DNA of 63,509 bases, filler included, from Octopus bimaculoides (Eukaryota), in assembly GCF_001194135.2 (NCBI RefSeq). It is 5 parts of 4 records of this genome, joined end to end, with 100 filler letters (N's around TTAATTAATTAA, not from the genome) between each part and the next. Parts side by side here need not be neighbours in the genome. Positions count along the whole stretch, not along the records: positions 19,189 to 41,166 come from NC_068983.1; 4 more parts are not named here. One strand, written 5' to 3'. The translations under genes and the position numbers were made by a program. Each line of letters begins with the position of its first letter. Positions within the stretch are counted from its first letter, which is position 1. The notes beneath the pieces were generated by a model, which was given only the letters and a program-made list of their open reading frames with translations, searched no databases and was not told the origin of the DNA. Below are positions 24,082-37,914 of this stretch, one piece after another.

Positions 24082-24377
24082 AAATGTCACTAAATGTGAC
24101 TAGGCTGTTAGGAAACACCTGGATTGCCAGAAATAAGAGCTAAACGTTCTAATGCTGTAGTTAACGCACATAGATAAAAGAACGTATACACTAACAGGGA
24201 ACATAATCGTCACAAAAGTGCTGATCGAGAATTCGTAATACTGAGGAATCAGTTTCGGTAATTTGCGTCATTATTAGGAACTCTCTATGGGCACTTTTCG
24301 GACGATTATAGTCCCTGTTAATGTATTTCTAGCAATGCAGGTGTTTCCTAATACCATAGTCATATTTAGTGACATTT
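24082..24377. mobile_element. MITE-like inverted-repeat element
   Basis: 24082-24134 plus 24188-24221 pair with 24291-24377 (AAATGTCACTAAAT..TTAGGAAACACCTG..TAACAGGGA..ATAATCGTC..AAAAGTGC). Confidence 0.7.
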
Positions 24378-24479
24378 GCGTGTGTGTGTATATATATAGG
24401 TAAAAAATCAATTGTGTAAATGTCAATGCGAAGAGCATTACTGAACGTTCACTATTACTAAACGTTTCAACTACATGTA

Positions 24480-25450
24480 CTTATCGCGCAACTAATATTT
24501 TCCCATACATGCGTACGTCCATCAGGCGATAAGTAGATTTATTTTTGAAAGCTATCTAAGTTATAAAACCCAACAAGGTCAGTTATCTTTGTACCGTCGC
24601 AGCTCGGCATTACAATGTCAAATAATATGTCTCCATTATTTTGTACCCAGTAGGTATTATCAATAAAGAGTAATGATTTCCTTGCGCTCATAATCATATC
24701 TATATCCGTATTTCTTACAGTGACATATGTTTTACTAAATTGAAGTGCCTTCAGAAGCAAGCTTTTGGAGATCGAGTGGTAGAATTTTACGATATCAAAT
24801 TGTATAACATTGCATTTGTGTTTATCTTCTATTTTCTTAAACCAATCAACAGTTTCACTACTGCATATCTATTGCGTAAGATTTAATTGTGCTCTGATAT
24901 GTCGTATAATATCATCTAATATGCAATTACTAATAATTCCCATTTCACTTTTTGTGGGATTTATTAATCTACTTCTAGGATTTTGCGTGAAGATACTTTT
25001 ATGGTATTTCAGAGATATAAAAGGATTTCGTATGATAAGCTTTTCTACTGTGTCTTCTAGTTTAAAGTTTGCGGTTAAATTTTTGGCTTCTATATTAATT
25101 GAATTATAAGTTTGTTTGCGTGTATACTTTGGTTCTGTTGTCGGTTAGTAAACTATTGTGTGCTTGGTTGTTTACTTCATAGATATTCTTTTATTTTACA
25201 TGCTTTAATAAACATGTTCGTTGATGCTTTGGAAGGTTCAACGCATGCCTGTACTGTGTACTGGAACTTGTTGGGCTTTTGGTTGAATGTAACGTTTGCA
25301 ACTAACTTTATAAGGTCGTCTTCAAATTTTCTAGCTCTCTAATACATGATGGCTTTTTATGAAATCTGAAACCGTAATTGTCCTCTGCATGACTGCACGC
25401 ATTTTTGTTGAAAAAATACGCCTTCCATTTCATTCTCCTCAGAACATTTC
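24480..25450 (-). mobile_element. Penelope-like reverse transcriptase fragment (MGSYDGAE-type lineage)
   Basis: PFISLKYHK..FTQNPRSRLINPTKSEMG; IDWFKKIEDKH; QFDIVKFYHSISKSLLLKALQFSK; ARKSLLF; FDIVMPSCDGTKITDLVGFY; frameshifted YR-DG (YRDDG). Confidence 0.85.
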
Positions 25451-28400
25451 CTATTTTGTCGATAAGATGTATGTGTATACATTCCTTGATGGAATATGAA
25501 TATTTTCAATGATGTCATTATTTCGTGATTTTCCATGGTTTGCTGTGATTCTTTGTTCGTTTGCAGTGATTAACCCGTGTTTGTTGACCTCGGAAGTTTT
25601 GATCCGCAAATGTCGAACGATGCANNNNNNNNNNTTATAGAAATGTTACCTCCACTACACATTATAAATACCCAACAACATAAAAATATTGTACTGCATA
25701 ACTCAAAGGATATACAACAAAAGTAATTACAAATAAATAAACACAACAGTATACAAAAAGCAAATAGATTAAAATACTCTTAAAAACAGAAAAAAACTCA
25801 TAAAAGTATTTAGCAAGCAAAAATTTAACCACAAACTTTGACAGAAAGACCATATAAATAATAATTATATTGATTACCAGAGCACCAAGAGTTGTCACAC
25901 TTACTTCATGACATTCTAGAATAGCATTTTAATAGTGCAACACCAAACAAACTGCGTGTTATATTTTTTCGAAAAGCAGTCGATATTAGACTACAAAAAG
26001 ACAGGAAATAAATACAAATAAATACACATTCGATCTAGTCTACGATTTTGAATGTTTTCTCACATTTGACACGAAAAGCAATTTGTAAATCGAAGATTCA
26101 AATATCTCATTAGAAGATGAAAATCAAAACCTTTATTTGAAACACCGTGGTTCTAAAGAAATCACTGCACTCACTAATAGGTACAATTAATCTTAACAAT
26201 ATACCCAAATGCCAAGTACATGGTAGCTGAAGAAAATTATACGAATTCTAATGGTCCACAAAATAACATGAATAATATCATGCAATGGCATATGACGCTC
26301 CCATAAAAAGATTCTAAAACCTATTGATCTTTCATATAAGTAGAATACACATTTTCACATTGAAACCGGAGCATTGCAGTCAACATGAAAAATATTTTTG
26401 TAACATCATAAAGATATTTGATGGCATTACTTTTACTAGCAAATCTACCCATCTACGATAGAGTCATAAAATGCGGGAGGGAGTTATAACAGCAGTAAGT
26501 ATTGACAAATGGGTAAATGGACTTGATAGATTACTTAGAGAAATCACATTACTGTTGACGATACATTATTCTATTGCAGCTATATGGCATGCGTTTGCGA
26601 CTAAGTGATACGTGATGACGATTCACTCACGAACTGAAATAGGCTCTCAGCCTCTGTATCATGAATGGCTATGTTGACCATACCTAGTGAAAGCCAGAGC
26701 TTCCTTCGACCACTACATAAAAAGTATTACGACAAAATGTTATTTAGATAAACTTACACTTTAGTTGTTTACACTTTACGTTTGTTTATACTCTTATACA
26801 TTCGAAGTTCACACATTTCCGAATTTAAATTATGATTCACATTCATTTCGATAATATCAATATGGTTACAAACCTTCTTTGTAGACAATATTTTCTGTTT
26901 GGTCGACACTAATTTTCAAATTACTCCACTCCCTTGCTTTACTCATAAAAATACACCTACACGATCTGAAGTCTGGCCCTGTAGCGGAATCTTTAAGGTC
27001 GCAAAAACCAAATTAAGACTTACCTCTCTCTGTAATATGCGAATAATGTCTGGATGTGATAGTACTATAGGTTATTTAGATTGAAAAACTGAGATGTGCA
27101 CAACAACAGCTTTGATTAGTCGTTTCGAATCCTGCACGAGACTGACACACTTCAATAACCACTAAATGATCACACACACTATACACTGACACACTTTTTC
27201 AATTTTATTTTCGCTATTAACCATCCTCGCGACCCCCTTCATATCTAAAATGGGGCCATGAACCATACGATGAAAATACAGAGTTACTCTTGGTCGCTGA
27301 ATTTTTAATAAAAACGTGAAGGTGCTTTATCAATTCAAAAATCGATATCCACGAAATAATCATACTTTCTGAAATTTTAATGCTAAAAACCTTGAAGACG
27401 ATCGTATTTGTAATCCCGAAATTATCGTAACCATTGGTTGACACGTCTGGTCGTGAAGAGGGAACAGACAAGAAGACAGACAGACAGACATAACGCCCAT
27501 TATAGTAAGAATGAGATTTAATTTCTCACTCAAGCAAATAATATTATCCGAAACAATTTCTACCAAAGTACTCATAAATTGTGCACACCGATTTAGTAAA
27601 CAATACCAATACTTCCAAAACCTACGTAACTGCACAGAGGACTGATAATGAATGGAGTTAACGAACCGCATCATTGCCATAAACGTCACTGGCGGATTCG
27701 TCGTCGTCAGCATCATCAACATCAGCCACAGCAGCAGCTACAGCAGCATCGCCATCGTTATCATAATTCCAACCAAATCGAGGCTAGGGGTTTTGTACGT
27801 TTAATTATATCTGCTCCACAAACAAGTGTTCCATAAAATAGTTTAACTTGCAGGTGGTCCTGCTTTTCGTTTTCCCCTGAGCGGACTGTAGTAACATGAA
27901 ATTAATTGCCTTGCTCAAGGATACAACACACTCGAAGATCTGTGAGACAAAATTTGGAATAGCGTAAAAACGAAGTTGTAAATTTTCATTAAATATGTAC
28001 GAATAAATTAATATGTAATGCAGACTAGATAAAAACTCGTTTCGAGACTTTTGCTTATCTATCGTATGTTACTAATCTAAAATTCAGTGGTTGACTATGC
28101 AATAGTTGGATCCTAATGACATATTATATCTATCATAGATGATCTCTGTCTTGCGTGGGCATGAAACAACTACACAAGACAAATTCACTGCAAATCATTA
28201 ACAGGTTTTGCGCAGACTGAATTCGCCTAGAATCTTCGAATATTCTGAAGAGTACATCAGCTTGTATGTTAATTTTATTACACATGTCAAGTGTTAGAGA
28301 TTACATGAACATCATCCAAAGAGGCCGAAATATACAACATCCACAAAAGTACAAAAACAATATGCATAAATTTAGTTGATTATTGCACAAACTAATACTG

Positions 28401-28914
28401 TTTCACTGATCGAATTTCTTTTCAAATTATGAAACCATGAGGAACACATACACATAAAACCAACCTCACTAGCGTCACTGGTATAACTCACTCGAATGTA
28501 CAGAAAAAAAGAAACTGTTGCTCACTAAGTACATTTTGACAACGAACACTGTATCCAAACCTAGAATCTAGTTAAATTCATAAAGAGAATGATTAGAATG
28601 GGGTGAGTGTACAACTAGAACAGCGTGTCCTTACAACATTATATGGCATATCACGGGTGCAATATATCAGTATATATCGACGCTACACTGATGAATAGTA
28701 CAATTTTGAAGATTGATGCAAGTGTCGCAACTCCATAGATTGTATCATAAATGCCCTTGGACTATACATCAAGAATATTTTTCATTTTCATTTTATCCAG
28801 TTTCAGCTCATGAGCTGTGGCCATGCTGGGGTACCGCCATTTAATATGTGTATAAATGTTGAATTAGTTGTGTTTGTTGATATGTCATTTCTTAACGGCG
28901 TTATTTATGAGATA

Positions 28915-29230
28915 TGAAGGCGCGTAGCTTATTGGTTAAGGGTAATCAGCTCGCGATCGTAAGTTCGTGTATTCGATTCCCGGTGGCACGTTGTGTCCAT
29001 GAGAAAGACACTTTATTTCAGGTTGCTCCAGTTCTCTCAGCAGGCTTAATTGAGTTGTACCTGTATTTCAAAGAGCCGACCTTGTCGCTTTCTGTATCAT
29101 GCTGAATTTCCTTCATAACTACGTTAAGGTTCTGCGTGGCTGTGGTGTGCTCAGCACGCTAATATCATGATCAGGTTGTTCCGTTGAACAGAGAAACTGG
29201 AATCATCGTGGTTGTAACTGACGGAATGCC
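28915..29230 (+). mobile_element. tRNA-derived SINE, family B
   Basis: GGCGCGTAGCTTATTGGTTAAGG..ATTCGATTCCCGG..TTGTGTCCATGAGAAAGACACTTTATTTC; homologous to 8705-9035. Confidence 0.7.
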
Positions 29231-30568
29231 AGTTATTTGTGGGATCATCAGCTGTTCCTTTTCTGCTTTCATGTCATCTAGACAAAAATATCTAATATAT
29301 CACCTTTGAAAATAACGTAAATTTGAGGAAGATTAGGCTCCTAAACCACGCGGCTTAATTTACTCGCTTGGAAAGTTGTTTTTCTATGTTGCACTCTCAA
29401 AGAAATTGATTATGTTCTATCTGCAATATGTATATGTGCATTCATGTATTCATATTTCCATTGATATCATAATAAAGTTGTATATATTTATGCTCAGTGT
29501 ATCGAGAAAAATTCGAAACATGTGCAAAGATATTTCGAGTGTTTAGGTACTTAAATATAAGTATTTCTGCTACATTCTCTCTGTAACGGCATATATATAA
29601 TTTCAGATGACATTTTCAATTCCTGTCTATATTTATACATAATTTGCAATCATATTAAGGATTTACATGAAATTACCTGAGTCAAAATAAGTAATATAAA
29701 GACTTAGTATTGTAAACTGCAAATAAAGCTTCTCTTTTAGAATATATAACTAGAGAGGCCAAACAAAACTACCATGAAATTATCGTGAGATACTTCTTGA
29801 ATTTGCAATTATTATTGGGAAGAAAGTAGGAAACAGAGACGCTTTCCGCTGCATTACTACGTAATGCAGTATTAGTATTGGGTGAATATTGTAGTTTGAC
29901 AATCATGTTTCAATCTACAATAAGCGTTCAGAAGAAAACACTGTAGCAGACAATAATTATTGAAAATAATCGTTATAACTAACATGTAATGAAATAGATA
30001 ATTAATTGTAACCAGATACAATGCAGCGGTATTTGAAATATTTACTGGAAATAATTCCAGTTTAGAAATTAGAAATAAAAGCAAATTTAGCCAACGGCAC
30101 ACACATTATTATTTCTGCAATACACTATAAAAGGCATCGAATATATTTGGCTATATCTCGCTCAAATTGTGAAACATATACTCCAAATTCCATGCTATGT
30201 GTCTATAGAGAAGACTCAGAAAATGAACAATATTCCGCAATATTTTTGCACGTATGAAAAATTGCTAAGAATAAAATTGTTCAGTATGTAATAAAGTAGG
30301 TCGTTTGCTCTAACAGTATAAATAGAATATGAATGAACATTTCGCATGCCATAAGGGGAAAAACAAATTTAATAAAGGCTTCTGATGTGTTGGTGTTATA
30401 ATGGCCTCATAATAATACTTGCTAACTTGGTAATTAGCGATTAAGTAAATGTTCAAGAACTGATCCGTTAGAGCATGCAAATCGTTTTACACTATACGCA
30501 CAAGTATACGCACGACTAAAGACACGTATACAAAAATATATACATACATATGAAGAGATATATATGTG

Positions 30569-30607
<39 letters not shown>

Positions 30608-30617
30608 NNNNNNNNNN

Positions 30618-30660
<43 letters not shown>

Positions 30661-30849
30661 TTACATCATACATATCATATATGTATGCATATATGTATGA
30701 AAAGAAACTAGTTTATAACAACGGCCAGAGTAGATGTAATTTATTACGCAACACCCTACAGTATATACTTTTCAGTGAACATTTTCAACTTCATTTCGTC
30801 TTCTATTCCTTCAGTCGTTTCGATTAATAGCAACTATGGTATATATAAT

Positions 30850-33750
30850 CTCTAAACAAGAATCAAAAATGCCTTAAAAATCCGATGAAAACAAAACTAC
30901 ATGGAACAAAGTTGTCTTCAACCAGCTATAAGTAACCGCTTGTAAACTCTCTAACGAACTGAAAAAGAATGTAAGAATGTCAGAATTATTGGGCAACAGA
31001 TAGCCAGTAAACGCAGACCATTCAGAGACTAATCCAAGTATGTATCATAACAGAGTTGGCCATTCCATAGAACAAAGAACAAAATTTTAATTCCATCCAA
31101 AAAATCAACAATACCTATCTAGATCAACAGACATACTCGTTTAAACACAGTTCACATCATATCTGAAATGAGAATCTCACAACCGCAAAACTTGAGTTCT
31201 TTAAATTTATTAAAGAACAATTTCAAAGTAAATATATATCAAAATTAGTTGAATACAATCCCAATTAATCTTTCACGAAAATTTCAAATAAAACCAATCA
31301 AAATATGAACCGGAACAACAAGGAAATCTCAGAGAAATGATTACTGTAGAAAAAAGAAAAATTGAAATTCCTCTATTGCGTTTGAGAACCATCACAAATA
31401 AAGAAAATGTAAAATTTCTTGACGGACGATGTAAATAGAAAGTTTAAAAAAAAAACGAACCGCTGGCAATCTTCTTGAAAACACAGTTAAACTCTGGAGA
31501 GAACAATGTTTAAATGAAGAATCAACTTCGCTTCGACTTTGGGAAAAGAAAGCTGTCTGGTTTAAAAAATATGAAAAAGAATCTCAAACAGAAAATAATA
31601 TTAATCCATTTGTAAAGAAAATTAGAAGCAAAACAGTTTTATTCAGAAACAGCAAATCAAACATCGAAAATAAAGTATTTTAGCCATCAAAGACTTTCAA
31701 GAAATAACACCAATTTCACCTTCTCCAGGCAACGAAATAACACCTCGCAACTATTACGAAATCCCTTTCCACCAAGACAGAACACCTTCCGTGGAGATGA
31801 ACAGCCTCTGTCGAGAAATATAAGGGATATCAATTATTCTGGAAACCTGGAAAGAAACGGTGTATATAGCCACAAAGTTAGGAACACAACCAAAAGACCA
31901 AACGTCAAACATCTGGAACCAAAATTTCAAGATATCCGGTGGTACGAGACAAAAGTATACAGCCTTAATTGATAAATCTTTACAACTTAAAACTATCCAA
32001 ACAACAAATCCAAAACTGTTCAAAAGGTCTGAAATTGTTCCCAAAATCACATTATTTTAACTTCAGTGACAGAGGAAATTGCATCTCAAATTTTTGTAGA
32101 AAAATTAAGATTAACTGAAGATCTTCTCGATAAGGAAACACTGACCAATCCATTGTGCCTAACAAATGCAATTACAACCTAACAAAATGGAGAAAGAAAA
32201 CATGAGACAAAATTTATATCGTCCTTCACTTACAACTGACTCTGAAGCTCATAAATTTAGCAATCTTTTTGTGATATGTTTAAAACCTCTCTGAAAATTT
32301 ATACCTAGTTCTATTAGAGATGATCTAAACATATTAAACCAATTTGATGTAATGAGACTATATACGACCGTCCAACACCAGTACTGACTAAAGGCAATAG
32401 CTTTTTGGCCAAGGAAATTCCCTGACGCAATTCCAAACCGAATTTGTCAATAATTTATGACAAACGTATTTGAAACGTATTCTTTAAAAGAACTTCTTCA
32501 TTCTCGAGAAAGACATTTACCAAAAAATATATGGAAATGAGATGGTGACAAAAATTGCCCTAACATACGCCAATTTAGTCATGACATATCTGCAAGTTCA
32601 AATACATGACCAAACTAAAACAAAGTACGGTATCAACTTTCAATTATTTGGCGAAAATTTCGAAACGATGCGTACAAGACTGGCTTATCCTGTGGACATT
32701 TAAACGAGATGAACACAAGGATTTCAAATTCTTACTAAATAGCAGCAATAACAGCATTCAGTTCACCATGGAATTTAACCATAACAAAAGCTTAGATGAT
32801 TTGATTAATAAGGAAGCCATGAACATAGAAAACGATATCTAATATAAACCAACGGAATTTAAACAGTACCTACCATTTTCTTCAAGCCATCCAACACATA
32901 AAAAATCTAATATTCTATTGAACCTAGTTAGAAGAATCCAAAGAATTGCTTCCAATCCGGAAGTTCCGAATGAAAGACTACTTAAATTAAAACAGGCATT
33001 ACTGAAAGAAAGACCCCGTCTACTCTAATAGGTAATGGAATAGATATAAAACACCGAAACAATAGACACTGCAGAATTAAGAAAAGCCTTTTTGGATAAA
33101 CGGAAAATCTATCTCTAATTACACCACATAACCCAAAAAACATAGACACATTTAAGCATTATTCATAAAAACATACCGTTATAGACAAGAATGTAAAAGA
33201 GATTACATCATCCAAAATAATCAAATGCAAAATGCGACTATAGTCCCTAAAACAACTACTTACAAATGCGGACTATCAACTAGAGATTCACTCCAAACAG
33301 CCAAAAGGTGTGGCCTACTCGACTGTAGAACTTGTGACAACCTTAATGAGGATAAGACTTATATATTTAGATCTGGACAGGATTTTTACTGTGGAAAGCC
33401 ATTTTACTTCTTCAACGAATTTACTTTATACCATCAGGTACAAAGAATGCTACAGTGAGTGACTGCATTGGACAAACTAAACTCACCTTAAGAATGATAC
33501 AAAATATTCATTTTCAAGAAATACGTGTTCCGTAAACAATATGATGAACATCTGGACACTTGAGCAAAAACAAAACATCCCAAATTTCTTATCTTCCTAA
33601 TTTATCAACGTACAGACAATACACCAGATCAATCAAGAATTAATAAGGACACACTTTTATTAAAAAGTAAAAGCCACTGCAGAACAGGTTATAATAAACA
33701 TCAGTAATACACGATTCTCCACTTTCTGTGAATTAATTTAGCTATAAAGT
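30850..33750 (+). mobile_element. Decayed, near full-length Penelope-like element (RT plus GIY-YIG)
   Basis: IPSSIRDD; FDVMRLYT; YGNEMVTKIALTYANLVM (GTAMGTK.AP.YANL); LNSSNNSIQFTME; YKPTEFKQYLPFSSSHPTHKKSNI; KRCGLLDCRTC; CIGQTKLTLR. The 5' boundary is uncertain. Confidence 0.85.
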
Positions 33751-34214
33751 CATCCTTGGTTCGTTCGTAAGAACATGAAAATTCATGTAACAGCTATCAT
33801 CTATTTTTTTTATCCATACATCCTTATCTTACTCAATCCTTAAACATTGTAATGTAAAATGTCGACTTGCATACATTGGGAAAACTCCAAAAAGCGACAC
33901 CCAGCATTTAAAAGAAGAGTTTTTTAAATTTTATCTTGGTGAGGTTATGTTGAATTTCACGACCGATAAACTTGTAAATCAATGTCATTCCTGTTTAATA
34001 TTGCTACCATCCCAGGTGAAAAACATCTAACCAAGCATCCTCACACATCTTAGCATACTGTTACGCCCGAATTCCTGAAAACTGAGCGGAGACATCTCCA
34101 AGATTTGGTTCCTGGCAGGACGCAAGTTATTTGGTTTGTGATTAAGAAATACAGAACTGGTAACCTGTAGAAACACACAACCTTTGTTTATAATAATTTT
34201 GAAAGTAAGGAAAA

Positions 34215-34990
34215 ATTTGTCTGAATATTTTTTTTATTATACCTAAGGCACCTACTATGATAGGAATTGTTTCTGTTTTTAGATTCCACATTCGAGTTAC
34301 CTCTATTTCCAGGTCTTTGTATTTTGAAAGTTTTTCCATTTCTTTTAGGGAAACGTTGTCATCTGCTGGTACATCAGTTAGAAAGCATTTTTTTTTCTTC
34401 ATGATCTTTGACAACTATATCTGGTCTATTTGCCTTAATTTCTCTATCAATGTGTATTGGCATATCCCAGAGTATGGTTGCTTTCTCGATTTCTGTGACC
34501 GTTTCTGGCGTGTGTTTATACCATTTTTTTTCTGTTGTTATTCCATAGTGTTGGCATAGCTTGCAGTGTATATAGGTCCCAGCTCTGTCGTGTATGTGAA
34601 TATATTCCTTCTTAGCCAGGACTGGGCAGCCAGAGATAATATGGTTTATCGTTTCTTGTCCATCTCCACATATTCTACAGTTACTTGTTATGTTTCATTT
34701 CATTATATGTTTTTGGTAATTTCTGGTGGGGAGGCTTTGTTCTTGTGCAGCATTTAAAAATCCTTCAGTCTCTGCTTTGAGTCCTGAGCTTCTCAACCAT
34801 TGCTGGGATTTGTCTCTGTCTATTTCTTTTGCATTTAGTTTAGCCCAGTATTTACCATGTAGGGGCTTTTCTTGCCATCGTTTTATCATGGTCCGTTGCT
34901 GTTCTAGTTTTAGTTTGGATTTCATTTGTTTTATAGCTTTTGTTGTTTCTTCTTCTTCTTCTTCGTATTTGTTAGGTAGTATGATTTCTT
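34215..34990 (-). mobile_element. R4/Dong-like RLE LINE, 3' ORF fragment
   Basis: WQEKPLHGKY; WLRSSGLKAETEGFLNAAQEQSLPTRNY; CCHC knuckle CRICGDGQETINHIISGC; RLE motif KANRPDIVVKD..KLSKYKDLEIE..IVGALG. 5' end abuts (ATT)n at 34995-35072. Confidence 0.9.
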
Positions 34991-34991
34991 G

Positions 34992-35075
<84 letters not shown>

Positions 35076-35360
35076 TGTGGAAAGAGAAAGAAGAGGCCAC
35101 TTTAAACATTTAGTAAGAGTTACATGTATAATTTGAACCAGTTTGATTCGGTTCCTGATACTTCAAGTTCCGCTGGCTCCTAACGGGACCCCGACTCTCT
35201 GAGGATTTGGTTAGCTGAATCAACCCAAAGCCTGAAACACTCAGGCTCCGGTTAGACGCCTGCGAAATTTGAAGTACTACGGAACAAAATCAAACTGGTT
35301 CAAATTATACATGTAACTCTTACTAAATGTTTAAAGTGGCCTCTTCTTTCTCTTTCCACA
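35076..35360. mobile_element. Young MITE with perfect 73-bp TIRs
   Basis: 35076-35148 is the exact reverse complement of 35288-35360; termini TGTGG...CCACA; CA on both flanks. Confidence 0.9.
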
Positions 35361-35397
35361 CACCCATATATAACTATGTACATATACATACATGCAG

Positions 35398-35432
<35 letters not shown>

Positions 35433-35469
35433 TATATATTACACATACTTATGTATACATGATTACAGA

Positions 35470-35900
35470 TGGTGGACCAGAAATTATCATCGTTCATTGT
35501 CGGATTATACGGGGCGGAAGAAATCCAATATCCTCAGTATTGACCCAATTCGTGCTAATACCCGTTCTCTAGGTATACAAAGAATTAACTCCACCAAGAT
35601 TATAAAAGTACTGTTTTTTGGGGGACTTCGACCGGTAAAGATGATTTCAAGAAAAAACACTATCATGATTGCCATGAGAAATTGTGACACTAGTTTAGGG
35701 GTAAGTTCTTTGATAGCAACTCAATCTAAATCATTCAATATCTCACAAGGAATTTAAAATATGAACAATAGCAAAAAGTGAAGATCAACATGCAAGTAAA
35801 GCATCAAATGAGACGTTGCATAATTGCCTTCCTTCTATTTTCATCGAACTGCGTTCCCATTCAAGTCCGCATTTTACTAAATGTATCAGTTTGATAAGAG
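35470..35900 (+). mobile_element. Possible very decayed APE-endonuclease LINE remnant
   Basis: Fragments FIVGLY, CFLGDF and IIQYLTRN appear in different frames; weak. Confidence 0.3.
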
Positions 35901-36401
35901 ACAGATGCAAACAACTCCAGGACTCGCTAACAAGCAGGAAAGAACAGTCGAACACTAAAACGTAGAAGTGAAGTTAGACTAGTGTAGTATTCTCGAATGA
36001 TGTCACAATCAGAGTACAACCACATTACAGAACATTAAAAACTTCAGATCTAATATTCTCAACGAGGTAAAATTCTTTGTGTTAGTAAACCAACACACGA
36101 TGTAAACGTATTTACTTTGCTTAAGATAAAGCCTGTATCAGAAAAAAATAGTTTCTTCGTATTATTCATCGAAACTTGACCTGTAACAAACAGTTTGATG
36201 ACGTCGAATATTCTGTAGCAATTCATCCAGCCGCCACGTGCATATATATNNNNNNNNNNNNNNNNNNNNNNNNNNNNNNNNNNNNNNNNNNNNNNNNNNN
36301 NNNNNNNNNNNNNNNNNNNNNNNNNNNNNNNNNNNNNNNNNNNNNNNNNNNNNNNNNNNNNNNNNNNNNNNNNNNNNNNTATATATATATATATACATAT
36401 G

Positions 36402-36434
<33 letters not shown>

Positions 36435-37619
36435 GTATAAATATATCTATATATATTTATATATATACACATGCGTGTGCGTGTATGTGTGTGTACATAG
36501 TATATATGTGCGTGTGTATATATAATATATACATACATATACGCATATACATGTATATTTATATATAAGTACATACATGCACAGGCACACACATATGCGG
36601 AAACATATGTTTTGGCCATAATAATCGAGGAATATAAGCAGTCATAACACACGTGGGGTGTTGTGGTGTAAGCCGTCTCAATACTCATATTCTCCGTCTT
36701 TTCTTAATTATATATTCCTTGATTTGATGTATTTGTTAGTATATATGTACACACCATTGGCCGATATAATTTTTATGCACTGTCGAACTCACAGCTATCC
36801 GGGACGTTGTGTGTGTACGTGTGTTTATGTCCGTGCTTTTGGGTCCGTATTTATAAATGAGTGTGCATGGATCTGTGCGTTTCTCTATTTGTATTTCGGC
36901 AAATATATGAACTATAGTGTTTCTATTTCATTCATCGTTGAAATATTCTAATTAAAGATTACTAATTGGTCATCTAGCAGAGTACTAATTGTTATTCATT
37001 TCATTAAATTCTGCTTTCATGTCACAAACAGAAACTACTTAAGTTGAATTATGACAAACGCGTCACAAATTATTTAATTGTATCAGGAAATTGATTGAAA
37101 ATGTTAACCTTTGAATGTTTGAATGGAATGCTTCAGTAAATTATTACTGCTTACAGATGCACTTTTCCGCTTGTGGAACGGTGATAAAATTATAGTGTGA
37201 GAAAATATTCATAATGCTAACTAAATATGCTACATAAGAGGGAAAATTGTTTATTATTACTGCTGTAATTGGAATGAACATTGTATATATATTACCATCA
37301 TCTACATCAGCATTGTGATCATTAGTATAACCATTTACAATACGATAACTAAAAGTAACCGTAACATCAAAAATTCTTCTACAATCATTCATATCACTTA
37401 TTTAACGATAACAATAAATCACACGGCTGTTACTACTATGAATAACGAATATAACACAATATATTTAACTACAACAAATTCACACAGTCCTAATTGTAAA
37501 AGGACAACTTCGTCAGTACCAATAATGTCGACATCATCATGATTTTATTTATCATCATCATCATCATCATCACTATCATCATCTCGAAACCCAACACCGA
37601 CACCACTACCATCAAGCTT

Positions 37620-37895
37620 AGTTACGAGTTTTCAGCTCTGTCAGCAATGTCTGCAGCTGGTCTGTTTCTGCGATGAGTGCAATATCATCTGCGGATCGAA
37701 GGTGTGTTTGTAGCTCACCGTTGATGTTCTCACCACTTGTCTAGTCAAAGTCACTGATGACAATTTCTAGACAAGCGTTGAAGAGCTTCGGAGAGATAGT
37801 ATTTTCTTGTTTGAGACCCTTCTCAACTTGAACACTTAAAGGTGGCGATAACAAAGTTAAAGCAGTGATGCATCCAGATTTCGTAACTTGAGCTG
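37620..37895 (-). mobile_element. RTE-clade RT fragment
   Basis: VQVEKGLKQENTISPKLFNACLE..NINGELQTHLRSADDIALIAETDQLQTLLTEL. Confidence 0.85.
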
Positions 37896-37914
37896 TTTCA
37901 GGCATTGTGGTTCA

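Noticed and set aside
35505-35690. Hydrophobic GPCR-like minus ORF
   Set aside because: No GPCR motifs; more likely antisense of decayed repeat sequence.
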